Source: Candidatus Woesearchaeota archaeon
Lineage (GTDB): Archaea; Nanobdellota; Nanobdellia; Woesearchaeales; ARS49
NCBI GenBank assembly: GCA_038891615.1
Contig: JAWADY010000001.1
Location: 32,001-96,000, forward strand
Length of the DNA stretch: 64,000 nt
Reading direction: 5' to 3'
Shown here one piece after another: positions 28,104-37,704 of the stretch. The notes beneath the pieces were generated by a model. That model made no database searches, was not told the origin of the DNA, and saw only the letters and a list, made by a program, of their open reading frames with translations. A program made the position numbers and the translations under genes. The stretch's first letter is position 1. Each line of letters starts with the position of its first letter.

Positions 28104-28262
28104 GCGGAGGTGCCGGAGTGGCCAAACGGGCCAGAAGGAATTGTCAAAAGGCATTTCCTGGCAAAGCTTAGGTTTTGCCTGTTTAAGCAAACTTTGTTTA
28201 AACAGGTTAAAAGGAAACCTGGTGGCTTAGTGCCTGCGCAGGTTCAAATCCTGCCCTCCGCA
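28104..28262 (+). tRNA. tRNA-Leu(TAG) with two introns: 30/31 (28135-28165) and 37/38 (28173-28216)
   Basis: GCGGAGG/CCTCCGC-A, long variable arm, TTCAAAT; the CCAGG-CT-TAG-GA-CCTGG anticodon arm forms only after removing both hairpin inserts. Confidence 0.82.
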
Positions 28263-28598
28263 TGCGCTTTTATGCAAACTTTGAAGGGCTTAAGGGTTTA
28301 AAATGGTAATATTGCCAAATTCAAAAGGTGTACTTATTCAAAAACAAAAGTGTATACTGACTTGCTTGCAGATTTGCTTTTGTTTAACCAGACCACTCAA
28401 AAGTAATTAAATTGACAATGAGTGTGCTAGCAACCTTACGGACAAATGTATAAAGACAAATGCAGCGCTTTGTAAAGCTTTATTGTCAAAGATTTTTGTT
28501 TTCGCGCAACTTTTATCGTCGACAAATAAATGGCAAGCATATGCCATAAAAATCAAAAAAAGTGTATACAATAAAATATATTTTATACAAGATAAAAC

Positions 28599-28608
28599 TT
28601 TATAAATA
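28599..28608 (+). promoter_or_regulatory. TATA box of the S-layer gene
   Basis: TTTATAAATA preceded by purine-rich GATAAAAC; SD GAGGTGA at 28692-28698 before GTG 28705. Confidence 0.55.
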
Positions 28609-28704
28609 AAGCGGAGTTTTAGCTAGAAAAAAGGGTGAAGAGTGAAGAAAAATTTCACCTAACAAAAAAGTTAATCCAAAACACGCAAAACGAGGTGATT
28701 TAGC

Positions 28705-31101
28705 GTGAAACTTAGAACAGCTGTAAAAAAGATGGTTGCTTTAGGAACAGGGCTGGCAATGTTGGGAGCCACTGCATTTGGTGCGCTGGCTGCTGACCTG
28801 AGCCAATATCCAAGCCCCTTGTTCGTAAAGGATGGCCAGTTTGATGCCTTTTTTGTTGTAGGCGCAAACGCAAAGACAGACGATGTTCTTGGCGCAATAG
28901 AAGTTGCAACATCGCTGCAAACAGTTGCAGTGAAGAAAAAGACAATCCAAACAACAACACAAGTTAGTGTACCAACAGGAGTGCAGATTAAGAGAACAGG
29001 AAACCAGCTGACCTATGGTAAGTACTTGAACGACGTGCAGAACACTGCCCTTGATGAGACAGACCTGCCATCACTACTCGCAGACGGAAAATACGATGAC
29101 ACTGAAGGAGAGACTGATAACTCTGTTACATACACACAGGAGCTTTTCTTCCCGGCTGGAAACGGCCAACTGCTCTTCTTCCAAGACGACGATGACATGC
29201 CAATTGCTCAGCCAACGCTATTCTTGGACAAAAAAGTCCTCTACAACTACACTCTTGAGTTTGATGAGGAAGTTGAGTACGATAACTCAACCGCTTCAAA
29301 TGCTCAGGATGACATAGAAGATACTGTTCTAGAAATACTTGGCAACAAGTACACAATAACAGACGTAGGCACCACAACAGCAAACAAGATTAACAAGCTA
29401 ACCCTGCTTGCAGGTGAGACAGTTGTCTGGCTTGCGCAAGGAGATGTTGTTACAAAAACTATTGCAGGGGTTGACCATACAGTATCCCTTACAGATGTCA
29501 ATGAGGATGCTGACAAGTGTGGTCTCAGCGTTGATGGCACAGTTGCCTGGATTAAGAAGGGAGAGACAAAAACTGTCAATGGAGTTACTATTGGAGTTTC
29601 TGACGCAATTGCAGTCCACAAAGAATCAGGCAAGGATGTATGCCAGGTTAATATCGGAGCAACAAAAATAGTTCTTGAAGACGGCAAGGAAGTTGAAGTT
29701 GATGACAAGGACATTGACGGTTCAACTGTTGGGCTAATTGGTACTCCAGGAAAATGGGGCGGGTTTAGTGTGACATTTAAACCCGAAGAAAAAGAATACC
29801 TTGCAAAAGGAGAGGACTTAATTGACCCAATATTCAAGTCCTTCAAAATAAACTTTGAAGGGCTGACAGATGAAAAGACAGAGACCTACAAGTTGACTGC
29901 TTCAGGAGACGACTTGACTCTTACTTTCCTGAACAATGACGGAAAAGAAGTCAAGATCCAGTGGACTCTTGATTCAAGCAATAAAATAATCCTTGGAACA
30001 GATGACGACATTGATGAGCGCATCTACCTTGAAGGCCAAAATGCGACAGTAACTTCTGACATAACAGAGCTTGAAGGTGCAAAGTTCTATGTCGTGACAA
30101 GTGGTGGTGAGGCACACGTCATGGAGATAAGGGACTTTGACACAACCAACAACAAAATAACAATAAAGGACAGGACTTATGATGCAGAGAAGACTTCTGA
30201 CTTTGATGAGGGGACTCTTGGCGCTAAGACAATAGACCTGCCAGCAGGTGCTGGAACAGCAATACTGAGTTGGCTAAATTCAACTGGTGGAACAGGAACA
30301 GGCACCACTGGTAGAGTGTTGAACTTTACATCCACAGGTTCTAGTAGGCAAGCAGAAACACTCTACAACGAAGAAGGTATAACTCTTGGCGTGATACCAA
30401 CAACTGGAGCAGACCCTGCAACCTTGTTTTATGTCAAAGACGAGACTGATGACGGTGTCAGCGCAATAACCTTTGGTGTAAACGCAACTTTCGACTCAAG
30501 CGATAAAGACATAAACATTAATGCACCTTGGGCAATATCTGGTTCCTTCCATGCGAGTGGTGTTGACTTTAGCAGCACAAATGACGATGACAAGTGGTAT
30601 GTGACAAACTGGTCTACAACAATCCTTTATGACAGTGAAAACAATGATGAGTTGACAATTACATACCCAGATGACTACAGATTTGGGCAGGTGTTTGTGG
30701 CTCCAGTCGCAGCAGAAGTTGTAACAACTGCTGGAGGGATTGAGACAGTCGAGCTTGTACCAATACAGGTTGGTTCTGCAAAGCTTGACACAGAAATTAC
30801 AGACCCTGCTGCTCAGAACCTTATAGTTGTTGGCGGGCCTTGTGCAAACTCAGTGGCTGCAAAGTTGCTGGGAAACCCTGCTGACTGCACTGAAGGCTTT
30901 ACTCCAGGAGAAGCATGGATAAAGCTCTTCGAGCATACAACGGGCAAGGTGTCCCTGCTGGTTGCTGGCTACTCTGCCCTTGACACAAGGAGGGCAACAA
31001 GAGTGCTTGCAAACTACAAGGACTATGCCGCAAACCTCAAGGGTTCTGCAGTGAAGGTCAAGGGAACAACCCTGACAGACATAACTGTGAGCGCTGCTTA
31101 A
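28705..31101 (+). CDS. S-layer protein
   Basis: KKMVALGTGLAMLGAT..GALAADL..YP signal/N-domain, VVGA.A..DDV.GA, C-terminal NLIVVGGPCAN and LLVAGYSA.DT; acidic, N-glycosylation sequons, C-ending codon bias. Confidence 0.9.
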   Translation: MKLRTAVKKMVALGTGLAMLGATAFGALAADLSQYPSPLFVKDGQFDAFFVVGANAKTDDVLGAIEVATSLQTVAVKKKTIQTTTQVSVPTGVQIKRTGNQLTYGKYLNDVQNTALDETDLPSLLADGKYDDTEGETDNSVTYTQELFFPAGNGQLLFFQDDDDMPIAQPTLFLDKKVLYNYTLEFDEEVEYDNSTASNAQDDIEDTVLEILGNKYTITDVGTTTANKINKLTLLAGETVVWLAQGDVVTKTIAGVDHTVSLTDVNEDADKCGLSVDGTVAWIKKGETKTVNGVTIGVSDAIAVHKESGKDVCQVNIGATKIVLEDGKEVEVDDKDIDGSTVGLIGTPGKWGGFSVTFKPEEKEYLAKGEDLIDPIFKSFKINFEGLTDEKTETYKLTASGDDLTLTFLNNDGKEVKIQWTLDSSNKIILGTDDDIDERIYLEGQNATVTSDITELEGAKFYVVTSGGEAHVMEIRDFDTTNNKITIKDRTYDAEKTSDFDEGTLGAKTIDLPAGAGTAILSWLNSTGGTGTGTTGRVLNFTSTGSSRQAETLYNEEGITLGVIPTTGADPATLFYVKDETDDGVSAITFGVNATFDSSDKDININAPWAISGSFHASGVDFSSTNDDDKWYVTNWSTTILYDSENNDELTITYPDDYRFGQVFVAPVAAEVVTTAGGIETVELVPIQVGSAKLDTEITDPAAQNLIVVGGPCANSVAAKLLGNPADCTEGFTPGEAWIKLFEHTTGKVSLLVAGYSALDTRRATRVLANYKDYAANLKGSAVKVKGTTLTDITVSAA

Positions 31102-31111
31102 AAGCAGCTGC

Positions 31112-31146
31112 CTTTTTCTTTTTTGTTTAATTTTCTTCTGTTTTTA
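31112..31146 (+). terminator. oligo-T archaeal terminator after the S-layer gene
   Basis: TTTTTCTTTTTTGTTT...TTTTT directly after the stop. Confidence 0.5.
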
Positions 31147-31361
31147 ATTATAGCCAATTTGGAGTAGAGTACTTTCTTGAGCATTTGAGCATTGCTACAT
31201 AACATAGTAAATGGCTTTTTTGTTGTAAAAGGTATACCAACAACTATTCTCTTTCGGACATTGCCAAAAAAATTCTGTAGAAAAGCTAGTTGCAAAGAAA
31301 GGCAAATGGCCATATTACACAAAGCTTAAATATTTGGTTAATTGCCTTTAGGTGGTTTGCC

Positions 31362-32075
31362 ATGGCTGAAGAAAAAATATTACTGACTTATGAAACTCTC
31401 TATGAACTTGTGCGGAGGGAGAAATCCAAAGAAGAGCTTCAACCCCTTGATGCTAATTTTTTTAACAGCCTTGTTGAATATCTAAAAGAAAAGAATCTTC
31501 TTTATGAAGAGTCTCTTAAGAAGAATGACATTTTTTCTGTCGCAGACAGGGAAAGGCTTGCAACACAGCTTGCAAACATCCTAAAGCTAGTTCGCGACCT
31601 TTACGAAAGGCGGGAGAAGAAAATAATAGCTCTGGCAATTAATAAGTCAAGGACAAACTCTTCAATCATTGACACATCAAACCTACTTGCAGAGGAAAGA
31701 GCATTTTTTAATAGCCTTGTTGGTGTTCTTGACGAGTATAGAAAAGGTGTTCTTGGAAGCATTCTTGAGCTAAGGCTTCCAACCATAGCAGGAGAACATT
31801 CTAAAAGCATTACGGACCAAAGCAATTCCACAGAACCAAGTCCAGACAGCAGCCTAGAAGGACAAAAGAGGAGCGATGTTGAAGCAACATCTTCTGAACA
31901 AAAAAAGACAGCGTTAGTGACCTTCATCCAGCCAGTGCCACAGCTTGTAGGCCCTGAGCTAGAAACCTATGGACCATTTGAGCCTGGCTCAAAGGCTTAT
32001 CTACCAAATGACCTTGCAGCAATTCTTGTTGAACAGAAAAAAGCACTTTTTTCAGAAGAGGAGAATGAGCCTTGA
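31362..32075 (+). CDS. DNA replication GINS family protein (Gins51-like)
   Basis: LYELVRREK..EELQPL..NFF, RREKKI..LA; low-complexity linker; C-terminal B domain YGPFEPG..A.LP..LA.IL; upstream of L44e. Confidence 0.85.
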   Translation: MAEEKILLTYETLYELVRREKSKEELQPLDANFFNSLVEYLKEKNLLYEESLKKNDIFSVADRERLATQLANILKLVRDLYERREKKIIALAINKSRTNSSIIDTSNLLAEERAFFNSLVGVLDEYRKGVLGSILELRLPTIAGEHSKSITDQSNSTEPSPDSSLEGQKRSDVEATSSEQKKTALVTFIQPVPQLVGPELETYGPFEPGSKAYLPNDLAAILVEQKKALFSEEENEP

Positions 32076-32127
32076 GAAAGGTTTACCAACGCAATGTTTT
32101 TAAACCTTCACATTTTCTTTCAAAGCC

Positions 32128-32442
32128 ATGAAGCTTCCAAAAACAAGACGGACATACTGTCCTACATGCAAAAAGTACACTGTGCATAATCTTAGCGAAG
32201 CCAAGAGAAAGACTCCTGGTAGCGCGCACCCAATGAGCTATGGAAGTAAGTTGAGGGCAAAGTTGCGCGGAAGAATGGGAAAAGGCAACATGGGTCGTTA
32301 TTCTAAAGGAGCACTCTCTGGATGGAAGATGTATGGCAAGAAAACCTCAAAAAAGACAGACATAAGGCTTGAATGCAGCGTGTGTAAAAAGATTAGGCCG
32401 CAGGCAGAGGGTTTCAGGGCAAGAAGGATTGAATTCAAGTAA
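32128..32442 (+). CDS. rpl44e: 50S ribosomal protein L44e
   Basis: PKTRRTYCPTC..YT.H, KTSKK..IRLECSVC. Confidence 0.95.
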   Translation: MKLPKTRRTYCPTCKKYTVHNLSEAKRKTPGSAHPMSYGSKLRAKLRGRMGKGNMGRYSKGALSGWKMYGKKTSKKTDIRLECSVCKKIRPQAEGFRARRIEFK

Positions 32443-32482
32443 AGACAGAATCTGATTTAACCAAATGGCGAGGTGGCTATGA

Positions 32483-32668
32483 ATGAAGCTTTTAAGGGAA
32501 CCAAGCACAAAATTTGTTAAAGTACGATGTCCAAAGTGCAAAAACGAACAGATTATTTTTGGCAAAGCCTCTACAACTGTCAACTGTCTTGTTTGTGGGA
32601 AATTCTTTGCAGAACCAACTGGCGGCAAGGCGAAAATAAAAGCAAGGATTCTCGAGGTGCTTGAATAA
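32483..32668 (+). CDS. rps27e: 30S ribosomal protein S27e
   Basis: FVKVRCPKC.NEQIIF..AST.V.C.VCG...AEPTGGKA. Confidence 0.96.
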   Translation: MKLLREPSTKFVKVRCPKCKNEQIIFGKASTTVNCLVCGKFFAEPTGGKAKIKARILEVLE

Positions 32669-32671
32669 TCA

Positions 32672-33439
32672 ATGCTGCTGAAAAAAGAAGGCTTTCCGGA
32701 AGAGGACGAACTCGTTCTTTGTACTGTCACTGCTGTGCAAAGTCACTCTGTTTTTTGCAAACTAGACGAATATGAGAAGCAGGGAATGATAAACATCTCA
32801 GAGGTTGCACCTGGTAGGATAAGGAACATCCGGGACTATGTCGTCGAAGGCAAAAAGATTGTTTGTCAGGTGTTGCGCGTAGACAAAGAAAAAGGTTATA
32901 TAGACCTCTCGCTAAGAAGGGTGAGCGAGACGCAGCGCAAGAAAAAGCTAAATGAAATAAAACAAGAACAGCTTGCAGAAAAGATTGTAGAACAGGTTGC
33001 AAAACAGCGTGATGAACCGCTTGAGGTGCTTTATAAAAAGGTTAGAGCAGTTCTCAAAGATTGGCCAAATCTTTTTCCTGCGTTTGAGAAAGTGGCAAAA
33101 AGAGAACTTAGTCTTGAAAAGGTTGGATTTGAGCCAGAGCTTGCGCGACAGCTTGAAGAGGTCATACTTACTAGAATAAAGCCTCCACAGAAAATTCTTG
33201 AAGGGATACTAACCTTGACAAGCTATGCCAGCAATGGCATACAATTAATAAAAGAAACGCTTTTGGCTGGTTTGATTCCCGGCATTACAATAACATATTC
33301 TGGCGCTGGGAAATATCGTATAGTCTCCATGGCGCCTGAGCCAAAGGAGGCTGAAAGGCTCTTAAAAGAATCTGTGGCAAGGATGATTTCAATCGGACAG
33401 GATAAGAAGTTAGTCATCGAATTCAAAAGGATTGATTGA
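32672..33439 (+). CDS. eif2a: translation initiation factor 2 subunit alpha
   Basis: FPEEDELV, S1 domain ISEVA.GRIRNIRD, VLRVD.EKGYIDLSLRRV. Confidence 0.94.
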   Translation: MLLKKEGFPEEDELVLCTVTAVQSHSVFCKLDEYEKQGMINISEVAPGRIRNIRDYVVEGKKIVCQVLRVDKEKGYIDLSLRRVSETQRKKKLNEIKQEQLAEKIVEQVAKQRDEPLEVLYKKVRAVLKDWPNLFPAFEKVAKRELSLEKVGFEPELARQLEEVILTRIKPPQKILEGILTLTSYASNGIQLIKETLLAGLIPGITITYSGAGKYRIVSMAPEPKEAERLLKESVARMISIGQDKKLVIEFKRID

Positions 33440-33450
33440 ACTAAGGCAGT

Positions 33451-33624
33451 ATGAAGCGCATACTAAAGTGTGAAGCATGCGAAAGATATACGATGAAAGA
33501 GATATGTAGTTGCGGTGGAAAGGCTGTTATAACAATTCCACCAAAATACGTTCCTGGCGATAAATATGCTGACTATCGCAGAAAAGCAAAAAGGGCCCAA
33601 TTGGAAGCAAAGGGGCTTCTCTGA
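33451..33624 (+). CDS. nop10: H/ACA RNP protein Nop10; not in the ORF track
   Basis: Manual translation MKRILKCEACERYTMKEICSCGGKAVITIPPKYVPGDKYADYRRKAK...; conserved aIF2a-nop10-PAC2 order. Confidence 0.92.
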   Translation: MKRILKCEACERYTMKEICSCGGKAVITIPPKYVPGDKYADYRRKAKRAQLEAKGLL

Positions 33625-33639
33625 AGAGTGTGAATAGCA

Positions 33640-34413
33640 ATGTGGAGACCAATCGCATTTGGAAAAAAGCCAAAGCTGAACAAACCATTTCTCATTGTTG
33701 GGTTGCCTGGGATTGGTAGTGTTGGAAAGATTGCAGTGGATTTTCTCATTGACGAATTGAAAGCAAAGAAAATATTCTCATTCGAGTCAACAGAAATACC
33801 AAGCTTTGCTTTTGTGAATGAGAAAAACCTTGTAGAACTTCCTACCATTGAGCTTTATTTGAAAAAGCGGAACGGCAAAGGTGCACAAGACTTGCTTTTG
33901 CTTGCAGGAGATTACCAACCAATCAACGAAGCCTCTTGTTACGAGTTTTCACAAAAACTATTAGATGTTTGCGTCGAACTTGGCTGTGAAGAATTAGTCG
34001 CCCTTGGAGGAATAGGATTAAAGAACATTCCAAAAAAGCCAAAAGTTTATTGTACGGCCGTAGAAGAAGAAGTTGTAAAGTCTTTTGCAAAAGCAAAGGC
34101 ATCGCCAAGGTTGTACGGCGTAGTTGGCCCAATTGTTGGGACAACAGGTTTGATTGTTGGGCTTGCAGGTAAACGCAAATTAAAGGCTGCTGCTTTGCTT
34201 GCCGAGACTTATGCCCACCCTGCATATCTGGGGGTTATGGGTGCGCGCGAGCTGTTAAAGACGCTTAACAAGAAATACAATCTTGGCATTTCGCTTGAAC
34301 ATTTTGATGAAGAAATAGCCCGCCTTGAAAAGGAATTCGCAGACATTCCCCCGCCTTCCAGACTTCGTGAGCCGACGACAAGTTCCAAGGGTGAGACAAG
34401 TTATATTGGATAG
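33640..34413 (+). CDS. proteasome assembly chaperone (PAC2 family)
   Basis: GLPGIGSVGKIA, GDYQP, LGG, C-terminal SYIG; synteny with nop10. Confidence 0.9.
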   Translation: MWRPIAFGKKPKLNKPFLIVGLPGIGSVGKIAVDFLIDELKAKKIFSFESTEIPSFAFVNEKNLVELPTIELYLKKRNGKGAQDLLLLAGDYQPINEASCYEFSQKLLDVCVELGCEELVALGGIGLKNIPKKPKVYCTAVEEEVVKSFAKAKASPRLYGVVGPIVGTTGLIVGLAGKRKLKAAALLAETYAHPAYLGVMGARELLKTLNKKYNLGISLEHFDEEIARLEKEFADIPPPSRLREPTTSSKGETSYIG

Positions 34414-34479
34414 CTTTGTCGACAATAGGTCGTGATTAATCGTCTGAAAAAAGCGGTGATTTATTTAATGGTGATGTAA

Positions 34480-36657
34480 ATGGTTGGTCCGGTGAGTGGC
34501 TCAAGAGCTTTTGCAGGTAAAAGAGGAAAGAGGAATCCAAAAACCGCAGAACAACAGCCTGGCAAGCTTGACAAACAACCTATCATTATCACCAGCGCCC
34601 TTACATATTCGAATGGTCCGTTGCACATTGGGCACATATTAGAATACATCCAAACAGATATAATTGCAAGGGCTTTGAAGAGCTCAGGGAAAGAGGTTAT
34701 TTATTGTGGTGGCGAGGACACTCATGGCACGCCAATAGAAATAAGCGCGATGAGGCTTGGAATTTCTCCCGAACAGCTTATTACAAGATTCTTTAAGGAG
34801 CATAAGGAAGACCTTGATGCCTTCTTTGTTCAGCCAGACTCCTTCTACTCAACACACTCTTCTGAAAATAAAGAGCTGGTTGACTTTGTTTTTAATACGT
34901 TGAGAAAAAATGGACACATCTATAAAAAGGATGTTGAATTAACCTATTGCCCAAAGTGTAGCCGTTTTCTCCCTGACAGGTTTGTGAAAGGAACATGTCC
35001 AAGGTGTGGAGCAGCTGACCAGTATGGTGATGTTTGTGAAGTCTGCGGCAGCAGTTATGCGCCAATCGAGCTCAAGGAGCCTTATTGTGCCATTTGTCAT
35101 AGTGCACCAACAAGAAAGGTATCAAAGCACTACTTTTTTAAGCTCTCATCTTTCTCAGACCAACTTGCTGACTGGCTGACTTCAAACAAAGCACTTCAGC
35201 CAGAAATAAAGAATCATGTTTTGCGATGGATTGAAAGTGGTTTGCAGGACTGGGACATAAGCAGGGATGGTCCTTATTTTGGTTTCAAGATTCCAGGGGA
35301 AGAAAATAAATACTACTATGTATGGATGGACGCACCAATAGGTTATATCTCGAGTCTTGCACATTGGTTTAAGGGCGACCTGCGCAAGGCTATTGAGTAT
35401 TGGAATAATGCCTATATTTTGCACATAATTGGCAAAGACATATTCTATTTTCATTTCCTTTTTTGGCCAGCCATGTTAATGGCAGCAGGTCTAAGAAAAC
35501 CAGACAGCATACTAGTTCATGGCTTTGTTACGATAAATGGAGAAAAAATGTCAAAGTCCAAAGGGACTTTTCTTACAGCAAAGGACGCGCTGAAAATTGC
35601 AAAGCCTGAATATTTTAGGTGGTATTTTGCATCCCATCTTGGAAGGACATTGGCCGATGTGGATCTAAATTTAACAGAGTTTAAGGAAAAAATAAACAGC
35701 GACCTCGTTAGCAACATTGCAAACTTTTGCTACAGGGTTCTTTCATTTGTTAACAGCCATCTAGACTCAAAGCTTGGCCATATCGACCCTGTAGATAAAG
35801 ATGTTTGTGAAGCATCGTTAGAAATAATAAAAAAAATAAAAACCGCTTATCTTAATTTTGAGATAAAAGAAGCTGTAAAAGGACTTCTTGAGCTTTCTTC
35901 TCTTGGCAACGCTTATTTCCAAAAAAACGCTCCTTGGAAGCTTATTAAAGGAGGTGTGAATGAAAAGATTAGGGCAAAATCTGTTGTCACCCTTGCAACA
36001 AACATTGTCAAGAATATTGCCATTCTCTCATATCCAATCTTGCCATCATTTTCAGCATCGATTGAAGCCCAGCTAAGGCTTAAAAACCTAAACTTTTCCG
36101 ATACAGGCTTTAATCTTGAAGACAGAAGTATTGGTACTGCAAAGGCTGTCTTTACAAAGCTCGTTGACATAAGGCTTACTGCAGAAGAACCATTTTCAAA
36201 GCTTGAGCTAAGGGTTGGAAAGATAATTGAAGCAAAAGTCCATCCAAATGCTGAGAAGCTTCTTGTGCTACAGGTTGATCTAGGTAGCGTTGGGAAGAGG
36301 CAACTTGTTGCAGGTATAAGACAGTGGTATACACCTGAAGAGCTCGTTGGCAAAAAAGTACTTGTGCTTGTCAATCTAAAACCCATAAAGCTGAGAGGAG
36401 TTGAAAGCCAAGGAATGATACTTGCGGCAAAGCGAGGAACTGATACAAGATTGGTTGAAGCAAAAAGCTCAGAGCCGGGTGATATTGTTTTTGTTGATGG
36501 TGTTGAACAAAAGCCAGAAAAACAAATAAAAATAGAACAGTTTGCGGATGTGAAACTTGTAACACGAAACAAAAAGGTCTTTTACTACGACAAACCATTA
36601 AAAACAAAAAAAGAAGAGCTGATTTCAGACATCGGCGACGATGCTGTTATTTCTTGA
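34480..36657 (+). CDS. metG: methionyl-tRNA synthetase with C-terminal tRNA-binding OB domain
   Basis: LHIGH, zinc knuckles, WDISRD, YVWMDAPIGY, KMSKS, C-terminal HPNAEKL...GVESQGM. Confidence 0.96.
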   Translation: MVGPVSGSRAFAGKRGKRNPKTAEQQPGKLDKQPIIITSALTYSNGPLHIGHILEYIQTDIIARALKSSGKEVIYCGGEDTHGTPIEISAMRLGISPEQLITRFFKEHKEDLDAFFVQPDSFYSTHSSENKELVDFVFNTLRKNGHIYKKDVELTYCPKCSRFLPDRFVKGTCPRCGAADQYGDVCEVCGSSYAPIELKEPYCAICHSAPTRKVSKHYFFKLSSFSDQLADWLTSNKALQPEIKNHVLRWIESGLQDWDISRDGPYFGFKIPGEENKYYYVWMDAPIGYISSLAHWFKGDLRKAIEYWNNAYILHIIGKDIFYFHFLFWPAMLMAAGLRKPDSILVHGFVTINGEKMSKSKGTFLTAKDALKIAKPEYFRWYFASHLGRTLADVDLNLTEFKEKINSDLVSNIANFCYRVLSFVNSHLDSKLGHIDPVDKDVCEASLEIIKKIKTAYLNFEIKEAVKGLLELSSLGNAYFQKNAPWKLIKGGVNEKIRAKSVVTLATNIVKNIAILSYPILPSFSASIEAQLRLKNLNFSDTGFNLEDRSIGTAKAVFTKLVDIRLTAEEPFSKLELRVGKIIEAKVHPNAEKLLVLQVDLGSVGKRQLVAGIRQWYTPEELVGKKVLVLVNLKPIKLRGVESQGMILAAKRGTDTRLVEAKSSEPGDIVFVDGVEQKPEKQIKIEQFADVKLVTRNKKVFYYDKPLKTKKEELISDIGDDAVIS

Positions 36658-36713
36658 TAATCCGCATATGTAAGCTTGCAAAAATTATAAAAGCAAAAAA
36701 TCACCTGATTGAT

Positions 36714-37310
36714 ATGAATTATAGGAAATTGTCAAGTTGGTTTGCAACAGCGCTTCTCCCTTTACTTTTTTATCTCCTAAGTATACTTGTCGTAGTCTAT
36801 TCCGAACATTTCCACCAAAAAGAGTTTGAGAAACTTGGAATTCCCCAAAATTTGAGAGAGCTTGATGGAAAAATTCTTTCTTACTTTGCGACGGGAGATG
36901 AAAAGGTGATTGAGAAGACAGGACTAAGAGAGGCTGAAAAAAGTCACTTGGCTGATGTGCGGAAGCTTGTAAAAGATGCAGAGAAGATTTTTGCGGTACT
37001 GCTTTTATTCTGGTTATTGGTTTTTTACACCAGCAATGAGAGAAAGAATGCACTTTTTGTTGGTAGTCTTTTGATAATAAGTATTCCTTTAATCTTAGCA
37101 GCAATCCCATTTGACAGCCTTTTTGTTGCGTTTCATCTTATAACCTTTCCACAAGGAGGATGGCTTTTTCCTCCTGGATGGGTGCTCACGCAAGTTTACC
37201 CAGTTGCTTTCTTTAGAGATGCTGCAATTAGCATAGCTCTTCACGGAGCGATTTTTGGAATCGTTCTTATGTTTTTTTCCAAGTTTGGAGATGAAAATTT
37301 TAATGCTTAA
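36714..37310 (+). CDS. DUF1461/TIGR01906 (Lit-like) integral membrane protein
   Basis: EKSHLADVRKL, F..FHLITFP.GGW.F, L.QVYP..FF; four TM helices. Confidence 0.75.
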   Translation: MNYRKLSSWFATALLPLLFYLLSILVVVYSEHFHQKEFEKLGIPQNLRELDGKILSYFATGDEKVIEKTGLREAEKSHLADVRKLVKDAEKIFAVLLLFWLLVFYTSNERKNALFVGSLLIISIPLILAAIPFDSLFVAFHLITFPQGGWLFPPGWVLTQVYPVAFFRDAAISIALHGAIFGIVLMFFSKFGDENFNA

Positions 37311-37414
37311 AAGGATAAACTTTTCTGATGCTTAATGAAAAGAATGTGCTAAAATTGTAAGCAGCATGCTCCACAGAAATATATTTAAATGGCGATTAGG
37401 GATAAATTTTTAAT

Positions 37415-37503
37415 GGGCGCATAGCTCAGCCTGGTAGAGCACTTGGCTCTTAACTTCTTTGATAGAGACCAAGTGGTCGGGGGTTCAAATCCCCTTGCGC
37501 CCG
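37415..37503 (+). tRNA. tRNA-Lys(CTT) with 15-nt intron at 37/38 (37453-37467)
   Basis: GGGCGCA/TGCGCCC-G, CTTGG-CT-CTT-A[intron]A-CCAAG, TTCAAAT. Confidence 0.9.
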
Positions 37504-37506
37504 TTT

Positions 37507-37704
37507 CACCGAACGCTAGCGAGGAGCGTCGCAGCAAGGGAACGAAGTGACCGTTGGCGAGACGCCCGCAGCAAGTGAGGTGAAACCACCGAACGCTAGC
37601 GAGGAGTGTCGCAGCAAGGGAACGAAGTGACCGTTGGCGAGACGCCCGCAGCAAGTGAGGTGAAACCACCGAACGCTAGCGAGGAGCGTCGCAGCAAGGG
37701 AACG
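37507..37704 (+). repeat. 80-bp GC-rich tandem repeat, about 2.5 copies
   Basis: Unit CACCGAACGCTAGCGAGGAGCGTCGCAGCAAGGGAACGAAGTGACCGTTGGCGAGACGCCCGCAGCAAGTGAGGTGAAAC starts at 37507, 37587 and 37667; one C>T difference at 37607. Confidence 0.95.

Noticed and set aside
27760-28301. ORFs 27760..28125(-) and 28110..28301(+)
   Set aside because: They are antisense to L37e or run through the tRNA-Leu gene.
37507-37704. CRISPR array
   Set aside because: Units are contiguous 80-bp copies with no unique spacers, and no cas operon is present.
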